Below are positions 42,398 to 55,931 of a DNA stretch of 64,000 bases, piece by piece. The position numbers and the translations under genes were made by a program. Source of the DNA: Octopus vulgaris (Eukaryota); the NCBI GenBank assembly GCA_951406725.2, contig OX597824.1, positions 82,956,001 to 83,020,000 on the forward strand, in the 5' to 3' direction. Below the pieces are notes generated by a model. It was not told where the DNA came from and did not search any database. It was given only the letters and a program-made list of their open reading frames with translations. How positions within the stretch are numbered: position 1 is the first letter of the stretch; each line of letters begins with the position of its first letter.

Positions 42398-42539
<142 letters not shown>

Positions 42540-42634
42540 TAGAAGAGAAGGAGGAGGCGGACCCGATGACGATGATAATAGTGGTGGTGAGAGGTGAAGG
42601 TGAGAACTGTGGTGGCTGAGACGGTAATGGTTGA

Positions 42635-42691
<57 letters not shown>

Positions 42692-42729
42692 GGTGGTGAT
42701 GGTGGTTGAGGTGGTGGTGGTGGTGGTGG

Positions 42730-42765
<36 letters not shown>

Positions 42766-42948
42766 CGATGAGGATGATGGTGGTGGTGGTGATGATGACG
42801 ATGACGACGACGACGACGACGACGAGGATGATGATGACAACGACGATGCGCTTTTGCTATTTGCTGCAACTATTTTTGATGCGCTTCTGTCCTACTTCGT
42901 CCTGCTTCATCAATAATGTCAAAAAAAAAACAAAAAAATCGCCCTCAC

Positions 42949-42993
42949 CTCTTTCATCCATTCCTGAAGGTCACGTATTCACTAGGAACGTGA
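42949..42993 (-). other. Candidate 45-nt exon, possibly with a start codon (MDER)
   Basis: Acceptor TCTTTTTTCCTTGTCCTCGTACAG, donor AG|GTGAGG, ATG at 42961-42959; stops in all three frames rule out a fully coding internal exon. Confidence 0.35.
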
Positions 42994-43920
42994 CTGTACG
43001 AGGACAAGGAAAAAAGATAGATGGAGAAGAGACGGATCTCCAGATCTCCAATACCGTCTCCAACACGACCAGCACTGCCCACACTAGAAAGGGTGTTGTT
43101 TATTTGGTGCAGTGACCCGAAAATATAGGCCATTGCTCCCAACATTCTAACTACCAGGGACCCCTTTTTTCCTCTTCCCCTTTTTTTCCCCTTTTTTCTT
43201 CTTTTTTCATTTCTCTTTTCTTTTGTTCCTTTTCCTTTTCTTTTTTCTTTTTTCTTTTCTTATTTTTTTGTTCTTTTCTTCCCTTTTACGATCCCTCTTG
43301 ATCGAAAACCTACGCCACCCCTTTTTTTTTGTTTCTTTTGTTTTTTGTTTTTTTCATCCCCCAAAAGAAAAGCTCTACCTTGTAACTTGTCCCATCTGTG
43401 TGCAGCCCTGTGTGGCCAATAAAGAAACTTATTTAAATGAGTTTTCTGACGGACCGCTTTTAATATGCTTATCCTTATTTTTATATATATGGGCACGTGT
43501 GGTAAGAACCTTGCCTCCCAACCACATGGTTCTGGGTTCAGTCCCACTGCATGGCACCTCGGGCGAGTAAATAGCCTCGGGCCGACCAAAGCCTTGGGTG
43601 GATTTGGTAGACAGAAACTGAAAGAAGCCTGTCGTGTGTATGTGTGTGTGTGCGCGTCTTTTTGTTCCACCTCACTTGAGAACCGATGTTGGTTTGTTTA
43701 CGCCCCCGTAACTTAGCGGTTGGGCAAAAGAGAACGATAGAATAAGTATTAAGCTTACAAAGAATAAGTCCTGGGGTCGATTTGTTAGACTAAAGGTGGT
43801 GCTCCAGCATGGCTGCAGTCAAATGGCTGAAACAAGTAACAGAACAAAAGAGTAAAAGAATATATAATATATATATATATATACATATACACATATGTAT
43901 CTCCATTTTCTAATTTTGTA

Positions 43921-44039
<119 letters not shown>

Positions 44040-45029
44040 GTGCAGGTGTGGCTGTGTGGTAAGAAGCTTGCTTCCCAACCACTTGGTTCCGGGTTCGCTC
44101 CCACTGCGTGACAGTTTGGATAAGTGTCTTCTACTACAGCCTCGGGCTGGCCAAAGACTTGGTAGACGGAAAGTGAAAGAAGCCTGTCGTGACTGTGTGT
44201 CTGTGTTTGTCTCCCCCACCCCACTATCGCTTGATAACCGATGTTTGTGTGTTTACGTCCCCGTAACTAACGGTTTGGCCTAAGTGACTGACTAGGCTTA
44301 GAAAGAATAAGTCCTTGGGTCGATTCGTTCGACTAAAGGTGGTGCTCCAGTATGGCAGCAGTCAAATGACTGAAACCAGTAAAAGAATAAAAGCATACAC
44401 ACACGCACACACACACACAAACACATATATATATTGTTGTATTTCGGGACGGTCATTTTTTTTTGCCCAATAAACATACGCACTATATATTCGTTCTTCA
44501 CTCGTTTATTAATCTTCTTATTCTAACTCATGTCCATTGTCTGGAAATCTTCCGTCACACATCTGTGACCTCTTCAGCGATACTTTTCGTACTCTTTCAC
44601 CACAACTTTCTCTCACTCTTACTTCCTGTTTCTGTTGTACCTGTATTTCAAGGGGCCGGCCTTGTCACTCTCTGTGTCACGCTGAATATCCCCGAGAACT
44701 ACGTTAAGGGTACACGTGTCTGTGGAATGCTCAGCCACTTACACGTTAATTTCACGAGCAGGCTGTTCCGTTGATTCGGATCAACCGGAACCCTCATCGT
44801 CGTCACCGACGGAGTGCTTCCAACATGTCAATCGACCACCTTGAAGCGCTTCTGTTGTCTCCCCACAAAACTAAGGTCGTTCTTATAGAACTCTTTTAAG
44901 ACGATATACTGTGAGTTTCGTTCTGGTTTCTGCCCTCTGAGATCGAATTCCACCAAGGCCAACTTTGCGCTTCGTCTCTTCGGGGTCGTTATATGAAATG
45001 ACAGTCAACTACTAAAATTGATTTATCCT

Positions 45030-45064
45030 TTCTCTTTCTTTCTCTCTCCTTGTTTCTATCTCTT

Positions 45065-45110
<46 letters not shown>

Positions 45111-45415
45111 CCTGTCTCTATCTCTCTCGTTTTCTTCCTCTCTGTCTCTATCTGTCCGTCTCTCCCCATCTCTCTCTGTCTGTCTGTCTGTCTCTCTTTT
45201 TCCTCCTCTCTGTCTGTCTCTATCTATCAGTCTCTCTCCCCCCTCTCTCCCTCTCTGTCCTTGTCTCTATTTCTCCCTCTCTGTCTGTCTGTCCGTCTCT
45301 CTTTATCTCTCTCTTTCTCTTTCTCTTCCTCTCCGTCTCTCTTTCTCACTTCCTCTCTGCCTAATTCTATCTGTCCGTCTCTCCCCATCTCTCTCTTTCT
45401 CTCTCTGTCTCTCTC

Positions 45416-45446
<31 letters not shown>

Positions 45447-45500
45447 ACATATCAGTCTCAATCCCCCTCTCTCTCCCTATCTCTCTCTCTTCCTCTCTCT
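45030..45500. repeat. Degenerate (CT)n/(CTGT)n pyrimidine tract
   Basis: Directly visible. Confidence 0.9.
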
Positions 45501-45879
45501 GAACTGGCTGTGTGAACAGGCCAAGAAATGCTCACATAACGGCCTCCACTAAACCTCACACCACGATAAAGAAAGATATTTCAAAAATCTGCTCGACGTT
45601 AACCGACAGCTACTCACTATTGACTAACATCAAGCATTCAATCTTACGATTCAATAGAGATGAATCAGTTCCGATCTGCTGGTCGGACGTATGTGAGAAA
45701 TCGAATTAATGCACACTGAAATAAAAGATATATGGGCGTGAGCATCACTCGCTTCGCAACCATATGGCTTCAGGTCCAGTCCCACTGCATGGTACCTCGG
45801 GCAAGTGTTTTCTACTATAGTCCCGTGCCGACCACTACGATGTAAGTGAATTTGCCACAGAGAAACTGTGGAAGTCCGT

Positions 45880-45913
<34 letters not shown>

Positions 45914-46564
45914 TGTGTGTCTGTGTGTGTGTGTGTGTGCGTGTGCGTGTGTGTCCCCTCTGCCACCGCTTTGACAACCGGTGATGGTTTGTTTATGTAC
46001 TTGTAATTCAGCGGTTAACCAATCGGCCGACCGACCGAACGATACAGAGATCTGTTTAACAAAATTCGTAACTGACTTTCTTTTGTCTGTGCAAACAAGA
46101 AGAAATGGTTTCCTCACTCCTACTCGGGAGGTAGGTAGCTTCTGTCAATATCTAAAATCTTGAATTTATGCTCAAATCGCACCTGCTGTCACGTTATATA
46201 GGTTCTGCTCCCTCAGAAAAAAAACCATTTAGCATTGCAGTTGCTTTCATCCTATTTTCGAGGTACAGTATATGTTGTGACAATGATGAGGAGTTACTTT
46301 TGGTCCTCTAATTAAATGAATTGATATGTTCTGTGTCACAGTTTTTGAAGGTGTTTTCTGTTAACCGATATATGCCTTTTCCACATTACATATTGACCAC
46401 ACGTCAACTCGAAGCACTAGTATTTTCTGACTAGAAATTTATGCCTATAAACACACCAACACCGGTTGTTAAGCGGCGGTGGTGAACAAATACAACAAAC
46501 ACACATACACACACACAAACACACATATACGACAGGCTTCTTTCAGTTTCTGTTTACCAAATCC

Positions 46565-47237
46565 AGCGTGAAAAACCTCATAAGAGAAAAAATTTCGAAA
46601 ATAATTCTTTCTTATTGAACATATTAAATTTATATATAGAGGGCATTATTATAGCGTGTGGCATGTATGTATGTATCTTAGCGTGTGGCATGTATGTATA
46701 ATAATGCCCTCTATATATATTATAGCGTGTGGCATGTATGTATGTATCTTAGCGTGTGGCATGTATGTATAATAATGCCCTCTATATATAAATTTAATAT
46801 GTTCAATAAGAAAGAATTATTTTCGAAATTTTTTCTCTTATGAGGTTTTTCACGCTATCTACCCGATAATTTCTTGTTAAGTTTTCCTTATTTAGAAGTT
46901 GTCCTTAATTGCTAAATTTTTATTCCGAAAAAACTTTTCCTTTCCCGAAATGCAATTCGTAAAAGTCTGACATTTACTGGATGTAATATATGTAAACTAA
47001 CCCATGTGCGTCGTTGATGTTGATCAGTTGGCTGCCCGGCTTTGACGATGTAGGGTCGTTTATTTATAATACGTCCAGACTTGCTGATGAATACAGAGGT
47101 ATGAAATCACAGGTGATACAAGTCCATATTTTTAAATGTCTTACTTTGAAAAATTGCATTCGGTGGGATTAGTAAAATTTTTGGTAGAAATGACTAATTT
47201 TGTCCCTCTTAGCGTGTGGCATGTATGTATAATAATG

Positions 47238-47240
<3 letters not shown>
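46565..47240 (+). mobile_element. 460-nt terminally redundant hammerhead element with 5' inversion
   Basis: CTTAGCGTGTGGCATGTATGTATAATAATGCCC at 46748 and 47208; 46565-46650 is an inverted copy of ~46770-46856; ends in (AT)n. Confidence 0.8.
47078..47124 (+). ncRNA. Canonical type I hammerhead ribozyme
   Basis: GACTTG-CTGATGA-ATAC(agag)GTAT-GAAA-TCAC(ag)GTGA-TA-CAAGTC; perfect stems; predicted cleavage after 47118 (AUA). Confidence 0.9.
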
Positions 47241-47299
<59 letters not shown>

Positions 47300-47743
47300 A
47301 CACACACACATATATATATATAGGTTATGAGAGGTAAATAGTATCAAGAAGATACACCCTCACCTCACCGTTCCTTCTATCAATTTATTCTGACTGACCA
47401 ATAACCAGTACACTTTCCCTCACTTCATTTCTTTATTATCTCTCTCCCCGCTTTTCTTTTTCTCTTCCTGTTTTTGATTTGACCTTACAAACACATACCC
47501 AACTTTTAAGTCACTTCAAAAAAACCCTCGATCCAATAACTCTATGCTTGGAATGACCAATTCTAAATACTATTGGAACTTACTCACAAGGAACTGGAAT
47601 CTTATATGTATACCATTCTGCTTAAATAATGGAATGGCAGACTCAATATCCCTGCATATCTCACGTCTGTTTTCATTCCTCCACTTCACTCTCTATTTCA
47701 TATCTTCTCTAGAATAACTATTGCTTAACCATCTTCTCGGACC

Positions 47744-47791
47744 GTCTCCGATGAAGGGATATATAAAATATCCCGGAAACAGCTGTAAGAC
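47744..47791 (+). ncRNA. Hammerhead motif with U4C core variant
   Basis: GTCT-CCGATGA-aGGGATAT..ATATCCCg-GAAA-CAGCTG-TA-AGAC; palindromic stem III ACAGCTGT; ~70 nt upstream of (AT)n. Confidence 0.7.
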
Positions 47792-48018
47792 CTTCTCTTT
47801 ATAAATGTTCTGAAATTTTTCACAGTCTTGGATTTTTATCTCATTCTGTTAATTTTGAAATATATATATATATATATATATATATACCGGAGTAAACACA
47901 TAAATGTGAAACAAGGTGGAAAAAAGAGTACTCAAATACTAGCAAAAACTGTCCGACGAACGGCAACGGGAAACTCAGAGTAACAGGTTTTGTTGAATTT
48001 TCTGCTGCTTTAAATAAA

Positions 48019-48060
<42 letters not shown>

Positions 48061-48071
<11 letters not shown>

Positions 48072-48275
48072 GAAATGAAGAAAATGCTGACAAATAATTG
48101 AAGTAATTTAAGTAATTTAATTATGAAAGTCTTTACCGGTTGCGCATTTGTTATGCTTATCAAAATATTTTGATAAGCATAACAAATCGCAACCGAAAAA
48201 GAACTTTCACCTAATTAAATTACTTAAATTACTTCAATTATTTGTCAGCATTTTCTTCATTTCCTTTTTATATAT
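48061..48275. repeat. Spacer-less palindrome (~105-bp arms)
   Basis: Centred on CAAAATATTTTG at ~48166; adjoins (AT)n. Confidence 0.9.
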
Positions 48276-48304
48276 CACCACTCGTGTTCGACATCTCCTT
48301 TTTT

Positions 48305-48337
<33 letters not shown>

Positions 48338-48340
<3 letters not shown>

Positions 48341-48859
48341 GTTTATCGCCACTTAAACATGGTTGTTCCGTAGGAACCGACGTTACTGCTATTTTTAACC
48401 CCAGGAGGACGCCTCCTCCAGTTGGTTATTCGATGTGATTTGCACCCGATATAAATTGCAAGCAGGTGAGTGAATTACTACCATCTTCCAGCCACGAGAC
48501 CACATGAGCGTACGGTTTCGACCTCTTTGTGGTCATCCTCGGTGGTGGATACTCGTCCGCTAGAGATAGCAGCAGTTCATTCCAGTTACTGATCTTGCAC
48601 CAAGCAGATTAGCTAATCAGAAAATCATTATAAGAAGAGCAAAGAGTAACTATACTGAAAAATAATACTTATCGCCATTTACACATCCGTATCGTTTTCT
48701 TATGATTGGAAGATAGTACGAGTTCACTGCCATATTTGCAATATAAATCGGGTGTAGATTGCATTATACAACCAGCTGAGGGAGGCGTCTCCTGGAGTTA
48801 AAAATAACCGTAACATCAGTCCCTACAGAACAGCCATGTTTAAGTGGCGATAAGCATTA
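48338..48859. mobile_element. Fold-back element with diverged ~150-bp inverted arms and a degenerate hammerhead
   Basis: TTATCGCCACTTAAACATGG / CCATGTTTAAGTGGCGATAA; minus-strand CCGAGGA-tGACC..GGTC-GAAA-CCGTACGC-TC at 48500-48548. Confidence 0.7.
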
Positions 48860-48997
48860 CCTCTCGGCATTGTTACTGCTTTCATCTTTTATAGAGACTT
48901 TCTAACTAGCTAATTTGCTTGTTTTACCCCCCCACACACACACACACACATATGCATATATATGTTTATGCATGTATGTATATAGATATATGCTATA

Positions 48998-49222
48998 TTT
49001 ATGTATTAAGGCTACCATTGGTTTCATGCTAAGGGAAGTCCCTCAAGAACCATTAAGCCTATCACATGAAACATCGTCTCTGTTTTGGATTGAAACAAAA
49101 CAGAGACGAACACCAACGTTTCATGCGATAGGCTTGATAAGTGTGTAGGCATTCTGTAACATGAAACCAATGGTAGCCATAAACACAAAGAATAATTATC
49201 CACGAATGATTCGATATTTACG
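48998..49222. mobile_element. Palindromic element with hammerhead motifs on both strands (copy 1)
   Basis: Plus 49131-49178: GGC-TTGATAA-GTGT..ACAT-GAAA-CCAATGG-TA-GCC; degenerate minus-strand mirror at 49009-49060. Confidence 0.7.
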
Positions 49223-49521
49223 TGTGTGTGTATGTGTGTGTGTGTGTATGTGTGTGTGTGTATGTGTGTGTGTGTGTATGTGTGTGTGTGTGTGTGTGTG
49301 TGAATAAAGCAATAATAAAAACATGACACAAGGCAAACAGTGAATGGACTGTGAATTTATTTCACCAGAGGATCTGTGAGTGCGACTTCAATAGTGGAAC
49401 TGTGAACTCACATGCAATCAGCAGTTTCATGTTCATCAAACATAACCAGACATAGAGAGTAAGTAGACACTACAAATTTATTTATATTTCACTCACACTT
49501 CATTATAAATATAAGTATTGG

Positions 49522-49572
<51 letters not shown>

Positions 49573-49813
49573 GGATATAAACGTGGTTTTATATACAAAT
49601 ATATATAAATATGCACATAAATATGTGTATATATATATATATATACATAATTATTTATGTGTATATTTATAAGAGTATATATACACATATAACCACACAT
49701 ATATGAATATTAACATATATATATATATACATATGTATATACATACATATATGTGTGTGTGAGTATAATTATATATATTTGAGAGAATATACGTATATGT
49801 GAATATATACATA

Positions 49814-49850
<37 letters not shown>

Positions 49851-50321
49851 TATATATATGTATAGATATGAATATATACAAATATGTGTGTGTGCATGTG
49901 TACATGTTTACATATAGACTTTTCATCACATATACTTACATAGGTATATAATTACACACGTATATTTTATTATATATATACATATATATTTATATACATG
50001 TTATGAATATATCATGTATATATAAAGTATTATATATTAATATAGATTATATATATTTACATTATAACTCAAATATACTTATATATCTCACATTTGTTGA
50101 CATATATATATATATACATACATATACATATATATACATATATATATATACATACATATACATACATAGATAGACATATATATATACATATATATATACG
50201 TATATACATACATATATATACATATACATACATATATACATATATATACATATATATATATACATATATATATACACATATATATATACTTAGATATACA
50301 TGCATACATATATACATAGAT

Positions 50322-50380
<59 letters not shown>

Positions 50381-50492
50381 TACGTACATATATATATATA
50401 CATACATATATACATATAAATACATATATATATAAACATATTTGTATACATATATATATATACATATATATACATATATGCGTATACATATA

Positions 50493-50538
<46 letters not shown>

Positions 50539-51145
50539 CTGTATATATATCCAATTCACATATAGATTTTTAAAATTTGTACTTAAATCTTTTTTTTTTG
50601 TGGATAGGTGTCTTTTATACTTTATTGATATTAACATATTAATATTAATATATTAATACTCTGATATGATTGCACACACGACATTACGTTACTGTACACC
50701 ACTTGGTTGTCTAAGCAAAAAAACCTAAGACAATTTTTTCAATAATTTTTCCGGAGTGTGGGAGCTAATCTGACATTAAAAATATTTGCAGAAAATTTTT
50801 GTTACTTTGTATGTGTGAGTGTGCTGAGTGGGTAGGGGGGAGGGAGGACGAACAGACATGATTTTCGATGAAAAGAAATAATGTAAAAATAAGAAGAATA
50901 AGAAGAAAAAAAAAATCGAATAAACACGAACTAAGAAACCAATCTTCCAAAATACTTATGTCATTGACATTTTCCACTAGCGTCACAAGTAGTTTAATTT
51001 AAGATAAGACATATATACAGTAATCAAAGACAGACGACACCACTGTCCAGCAGTAAATATTTAAAACGCATAGTGAGGCTGAATAGTTTTAGTGTGTGTC
51101 TTTGCGTGCACGTACGTGTGTGTGAGTGTGTGTGTATGTGTGCAT

Positions 51146-51187
<42 letters not shown>

Positions 51188-51218
51188 TTTTATATATTTA
51201 TAAACACATGTGTGATTG

Positions 51219-51278
<60 letters not shown>

Positions 51279-52474
51279 ATAGGTAGATATTAGAATGTGG
51301 GATTATTATTATCTTGGGTTTTTATTATTTTTTCCCTCATTTGCTTTTATTTATTTATTTATTTTCGAAGTTTTTTTTTTTAGTTTTTTTTCTTCTTTTT
51401 TTCAAATATAACATGTTATTGTGCATTAATTATAAGTTTGATACACAAAGTTCAAAGGATCGAACCACAATAAAGCTGTGTATTTTGGTGCTGGGTTGCT
51501 CAGTGGTTGTTGTAATTTTTATTGTTGTGTTTGGGATTTTGTTCCATTTCTTTAAATGGAAACCAAATCTAAAAGAAAAAAAAAACATACACACGGATAG
51601 CTTCACAGAGCATAGAGTAATTACGTACACCGACATCAACAGCAAAGACAAGCAGATGGCAGCACCAGCTGTGGATGCTTGTGTTAGCCACTTTTTTATA
51701 CCATCGCATGGTACATATGTGGGATTTTTAAAAAGCAAATAAAAATTTAAATAAGACTTCAGTGTTACGTGTGCACGGTGAGGAGAGCATCACTGATGTT
51801 GAATATGGCGTAGTTTGATCGAATTATCGAACAAAAAGTAGTTTTGCTTCATGATAATGGTTTCAAATTTTGGCATGGTCCCAGCAGTTTTTGAGAGGAG
51901 GAGCTATTTGATGGCTATTTGATTACATCGACCTTAGTACTTATTTTAGTGACCCCGAAAGTATGAAATGCAAAGTTGACCGCGGGAGAATTTGAACTCA
52001 GAAAGTAAAGATGGACGAAACGCCGCTAAGTCTTTTGCCCGGTGTGCTAACGATTGCGCCAGCTCGCCGCCTCAGTTTTGCTTCGTAATAATGGGACCAC
52101 ACAGCAGATACCTCCTAGCATAACAACCGGTTGATTAAAGTTTCTTCTGTGTGAAACTGACTAGACAGAAACTGTGCGGAAGCCTCCAGTGGTCCGTACA
52201 TATAATCCAAGGGACCAGCTTCAACTTCATCACATAGAGTTACACGCTGAATCTTCCAGAGGCGGTGCTTTCTTTAGACATGGAAACATTGAGCAGGGTC
52301 CCAAAGAGCCCCAAAGATTAGCTACATACGCTGTGGCTTGCCGTCAATAAATAAATACTGTAGGGTTCCATGTATTTGTGCAAGAGCGTACAATATTATG
52401 ACAAGACAGTGCAGAAGTGTACATTAAATGCACAAGAGCCTGTTGAATAAAAACTTATATCCAATAGAACTACA

Positions 52475-53060
52475 GTACAACATAGCTCTCAGCTATGGTC
52501 ATCAACCAGTGTCAAATTAATCACAGAACTTGAGGCAATCCAACGAAGCTACAACGAAGAAGATAGCCTCTGTGCAGCATATAAGCTATTGGGACAGACT
52601 CAAGAGATTAAGACTCTATTACTTAGAGCGTAGGCGAGAAAGATATGCCATAATATACATCTGGAAGATCCTGGAAGGACTTGTCCCAAACTTTGGCATC
52701 GAGAGTTACACAGATACTAGAACTTGGCATAGTGCCAAGGACCCCAAATTTGCCATCAAGATGTAGGACAAGATACTGCGATAGCCTGGACTTCAGAGGT
52801 CCACAGCTCTTCAATATCCTCCCGAAGGACCTGAGAGACCTGCATGGGGTGGATGTAGGTGTATTCAAAATAAAACTGGATCTCTTACTGTCAGGTGTCC
52901 CAGATGAACCAACTTCACGACAGAAGGTGCAGCTCATGCACCAAATGTCAATTGCTAAAAAGCATTCGTGAAGTAAAAATCATGTAGCAACACCGAATGG
53001 CGGTGCCCCAGCATGGCCACAGCTCGTGAGCTGAAACTAGATGAAATGAAATGAAATGAA
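52475..53060 (+). mobile_element. 3' end of a CR1/L2-group LINE (decayed ORF2 C-terminus, 3' UTR, (ATGAA)n tail)
   Basis: SYWDRLKRLRLYYLERRRERYAIIYIWKILEGLVPN and GPQLFNILPKDLR..FKIKLDLLLSGVPDEP; frameshifted. Confidence 0.85.
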
Positions 53061-53622
53061 GTACAATGAATGGATAATTCCACTGGCCGAATTCAATAGG
53101 AAGATGCCTGCTCATTGAAACTGACCGACGCCAAATTCCTCACAAATGATGCCATCTTTCGCTACTGAACAATATAGATGTGAAAGTGAGCTGTCAATAT
53201 AGCGTTGACAACGCAAAAAACCTTTTAAATAAGGACAAGGAAAATGGTGAATCATCATTCTGGAGAAGATAAGAAAATGAAAAAGAAACCAGAAAAACAA
53301 AGCCCCAAAACAAAACAAAAAATATATATATGTGGTTTTGTTGTTGTTACTCTCTCTTTCCCTATCAAAGAAAAAGTATGAAGTAGTAAAAATTAGGTTC
53401 GTGAACTAAAGACAGGGAATTGTCGGTCTTCAACGAAGCAAAAGAAAATAAAAGCAACATACACAGCCCGTGTCACAAAATGAATGAGTAAAAAAAATAT
53501 TAAAAAAAAGATAGCAGTTTTAATGTCACATACTTCAAATAATATTTGCACTTCAATGAAACGATCCAAGTTTAACGTCAACAATAATATATTTAAGATA
53601 TTGACAGTGAAAGGGAAAAAGC

Positions 53623-53664
<42 letters not shown>

Positions 53665-54067
53665 GATATAATTCATATAAAGTTAAATCAACTGCCTTCC
53701 ATACTTTCTTACCTTCCTTCAAACACACACGCATACGCACACTCTTTCTCGCTCTCTATCTTATCTTCTTTTTCATTTTCATTTTTATCAACCTGTTCTT
53801 ACTGGATTTGTCGACTGTCATTTAGAAAAAAAAATTGCCTTGAAAATCTGGTTTACACAACATTACGGGCGGGCGCGTGCGTGTGTCTGTGTGTTATTGC
53901 TCACACATAAACACACAACACACGCACACACACACAGACACACATAAAAATGTAAGCATGTGTATATGATTGGTCACATAAACATATATATTGCTTGCGT
54001 TAACCGAGGACTACGAACGTGCATATTAGTGTATATAGCGTTTCTTCCTATAAAAATCCTGTAGTGA

Positions 54068-54123
<56 letters not shown>

Positions 54124-54125
<2 letters not shown>

Positions 54126-54375
54126 TTTGTGTATTAAGTCGACTGTGGATTTCATGTTAAGAAATATCTCAACAATTCTTCAAGCCAATCACGTAGAAAA
54201 ATTGATGTTTTAATCCAAAACGGAGAGGAACACCAATTTTTCTATGTGGTCGGCTTGAAGAATCGTTGAGATATTTCCTTAACATGAAACCAATGATAGC
54301 CTCAATACACAAATAAAGAATTTCTATCCACCAATGCTGTGTTGAGCACTCATTCTCATTGTTCGATATTTACGT
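54124..54375. mobile_element. Palindromic element with hammerhead motifs on both strands (copy 2)
   Basis: Plus 54252-54301: GGC-TTGAAGA-AT.GTTGA..TTAACAT-GAAA-CCAATGA-TA-GCC; minus mirror at 54137-54186; same TCGATATTTACGTGTG end as copy 1. Confidence 0.7.
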
Positions 54376-54781
54376 GTGTATATATATATATATTGCATGT
54401 GTGTGTGTGTGCATGCAGTTGTGTGTATGTACAAATTGTGTGTATGCACGCAATAAAGGAACAGTGTAGGACGCGTTAGTGTGCTAAATGTGCATGAGGC
54501 AATATGTTCATGCGTGTGCGTACGCGTGTATGTCTACGTGTTTGTGTGTGTGTGTGTGTGTGTGTGAGTGTGTGTATGTGCATGTGGTGGTGGTGACAGG
54601 TGTGTGAAGTGTGCTTGAGAGTGTGCACACGTAAAAAGATCTTGGTGAAGGAGGGGAGGGAACGAGGGAGTGCACGCGTTAATCAGGGAGAAATGTTAAA
54701 TATACGTTTAAAAAATTGCTTTATTTGTGGTGGGGTGGGAAATGCCTGTATATATACATAGATATACATACACACAATCAC

Positions 54782-54819
<38 letters not shown>

Positions 54820-54834
54820 GTTATATACATATTA

Positions 54835-54880
<46 letters not shown>

Positions 54881-55413
54881 CAGGCAGAGACCTTTTGCAT
54901 AAGCTAAAGCACCCATAGTGAATTAAACCTCTCGTTTTTTAGTGATTGATGATAGCACGGCTTGTGGAGGGAGAGAGGGCAGGGGGGATAAAACTTCCTG
55001 TAAAGTTAGATGTGTGGTGGCGTTGGTGATGGCGGTGGAGGAATATGAAGGTGGAGGAGTGACGGGGGTTAAGGTAGGAGTGAGTAAGGTATTTGCTACA
55101 GACGGAGAAATGCATCAGACACACACGTAGTTCTAGATTATAGAGAGGCTGGCTTTCCATACATAAACATACATACATGTCTCCAATCAGATATGTTCAT
55201 AGATAGGCTTCCATACATACATACATACATACATACGTACATACACACACACAATACATATGTATGTATGCTTATAAATCCAATCGAGATTTAATATACA
55301 GAAGAGGTTTATAGTCAGACGGAAGGGTGAAATTGTTAAAAAAATACACATTGAAAGCAAAGGTCACATCTAAGTATTTCCTTAATATGCATAAATAGAC
55401 ACAGACACACATA

Positions 55414-55455
<42 letters not shown>

Positions 55456-55890
55456 GTATATGTATATGTATGTATGTGTGTATGTATATATATATACATA
55501 CACAAATATATATAGGCTTTTACAAATATATATATATATATACATATATAAACACAGACACACATATATATATATATATCTATGTACACACAGACATACA
55601 AAAATATATCGATTACATACAAAAAGGTACATATGTATATATATATGCATATACACACAAATAGATATCCATATACACCCAATTAGCCACATACACACAC
55701 ACACACATGTATATACGTGTGTATGTATGTATATACGTACAGAATATTGCTTCTGTCCTTGTAACATTTTCAAGGCTAAAAACGTCGCAAAAAAAAAAAC
55801 CCCCTGAAAAATTACTATAACCTTGTCACCAAAAGTTTGATTAAAATATAGTAAAAACTCTTCATTTCATTTTGTATGTGATAGCACACA

Positions 55891-55931
<41 letters not shown>

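Noticed and set aside
42594-43115. 173-aa plus-strand ORF with a non-repetitive C-terminus
   Set aside because: Mostly trinucleotide repeat; the splice signals in the unique part favour the minus strand.
49410-49445. Minus-strand TTGATGA-ACAT-GAAA motif
   Set aside because: Stems II and III are essentially absent; probably chance.
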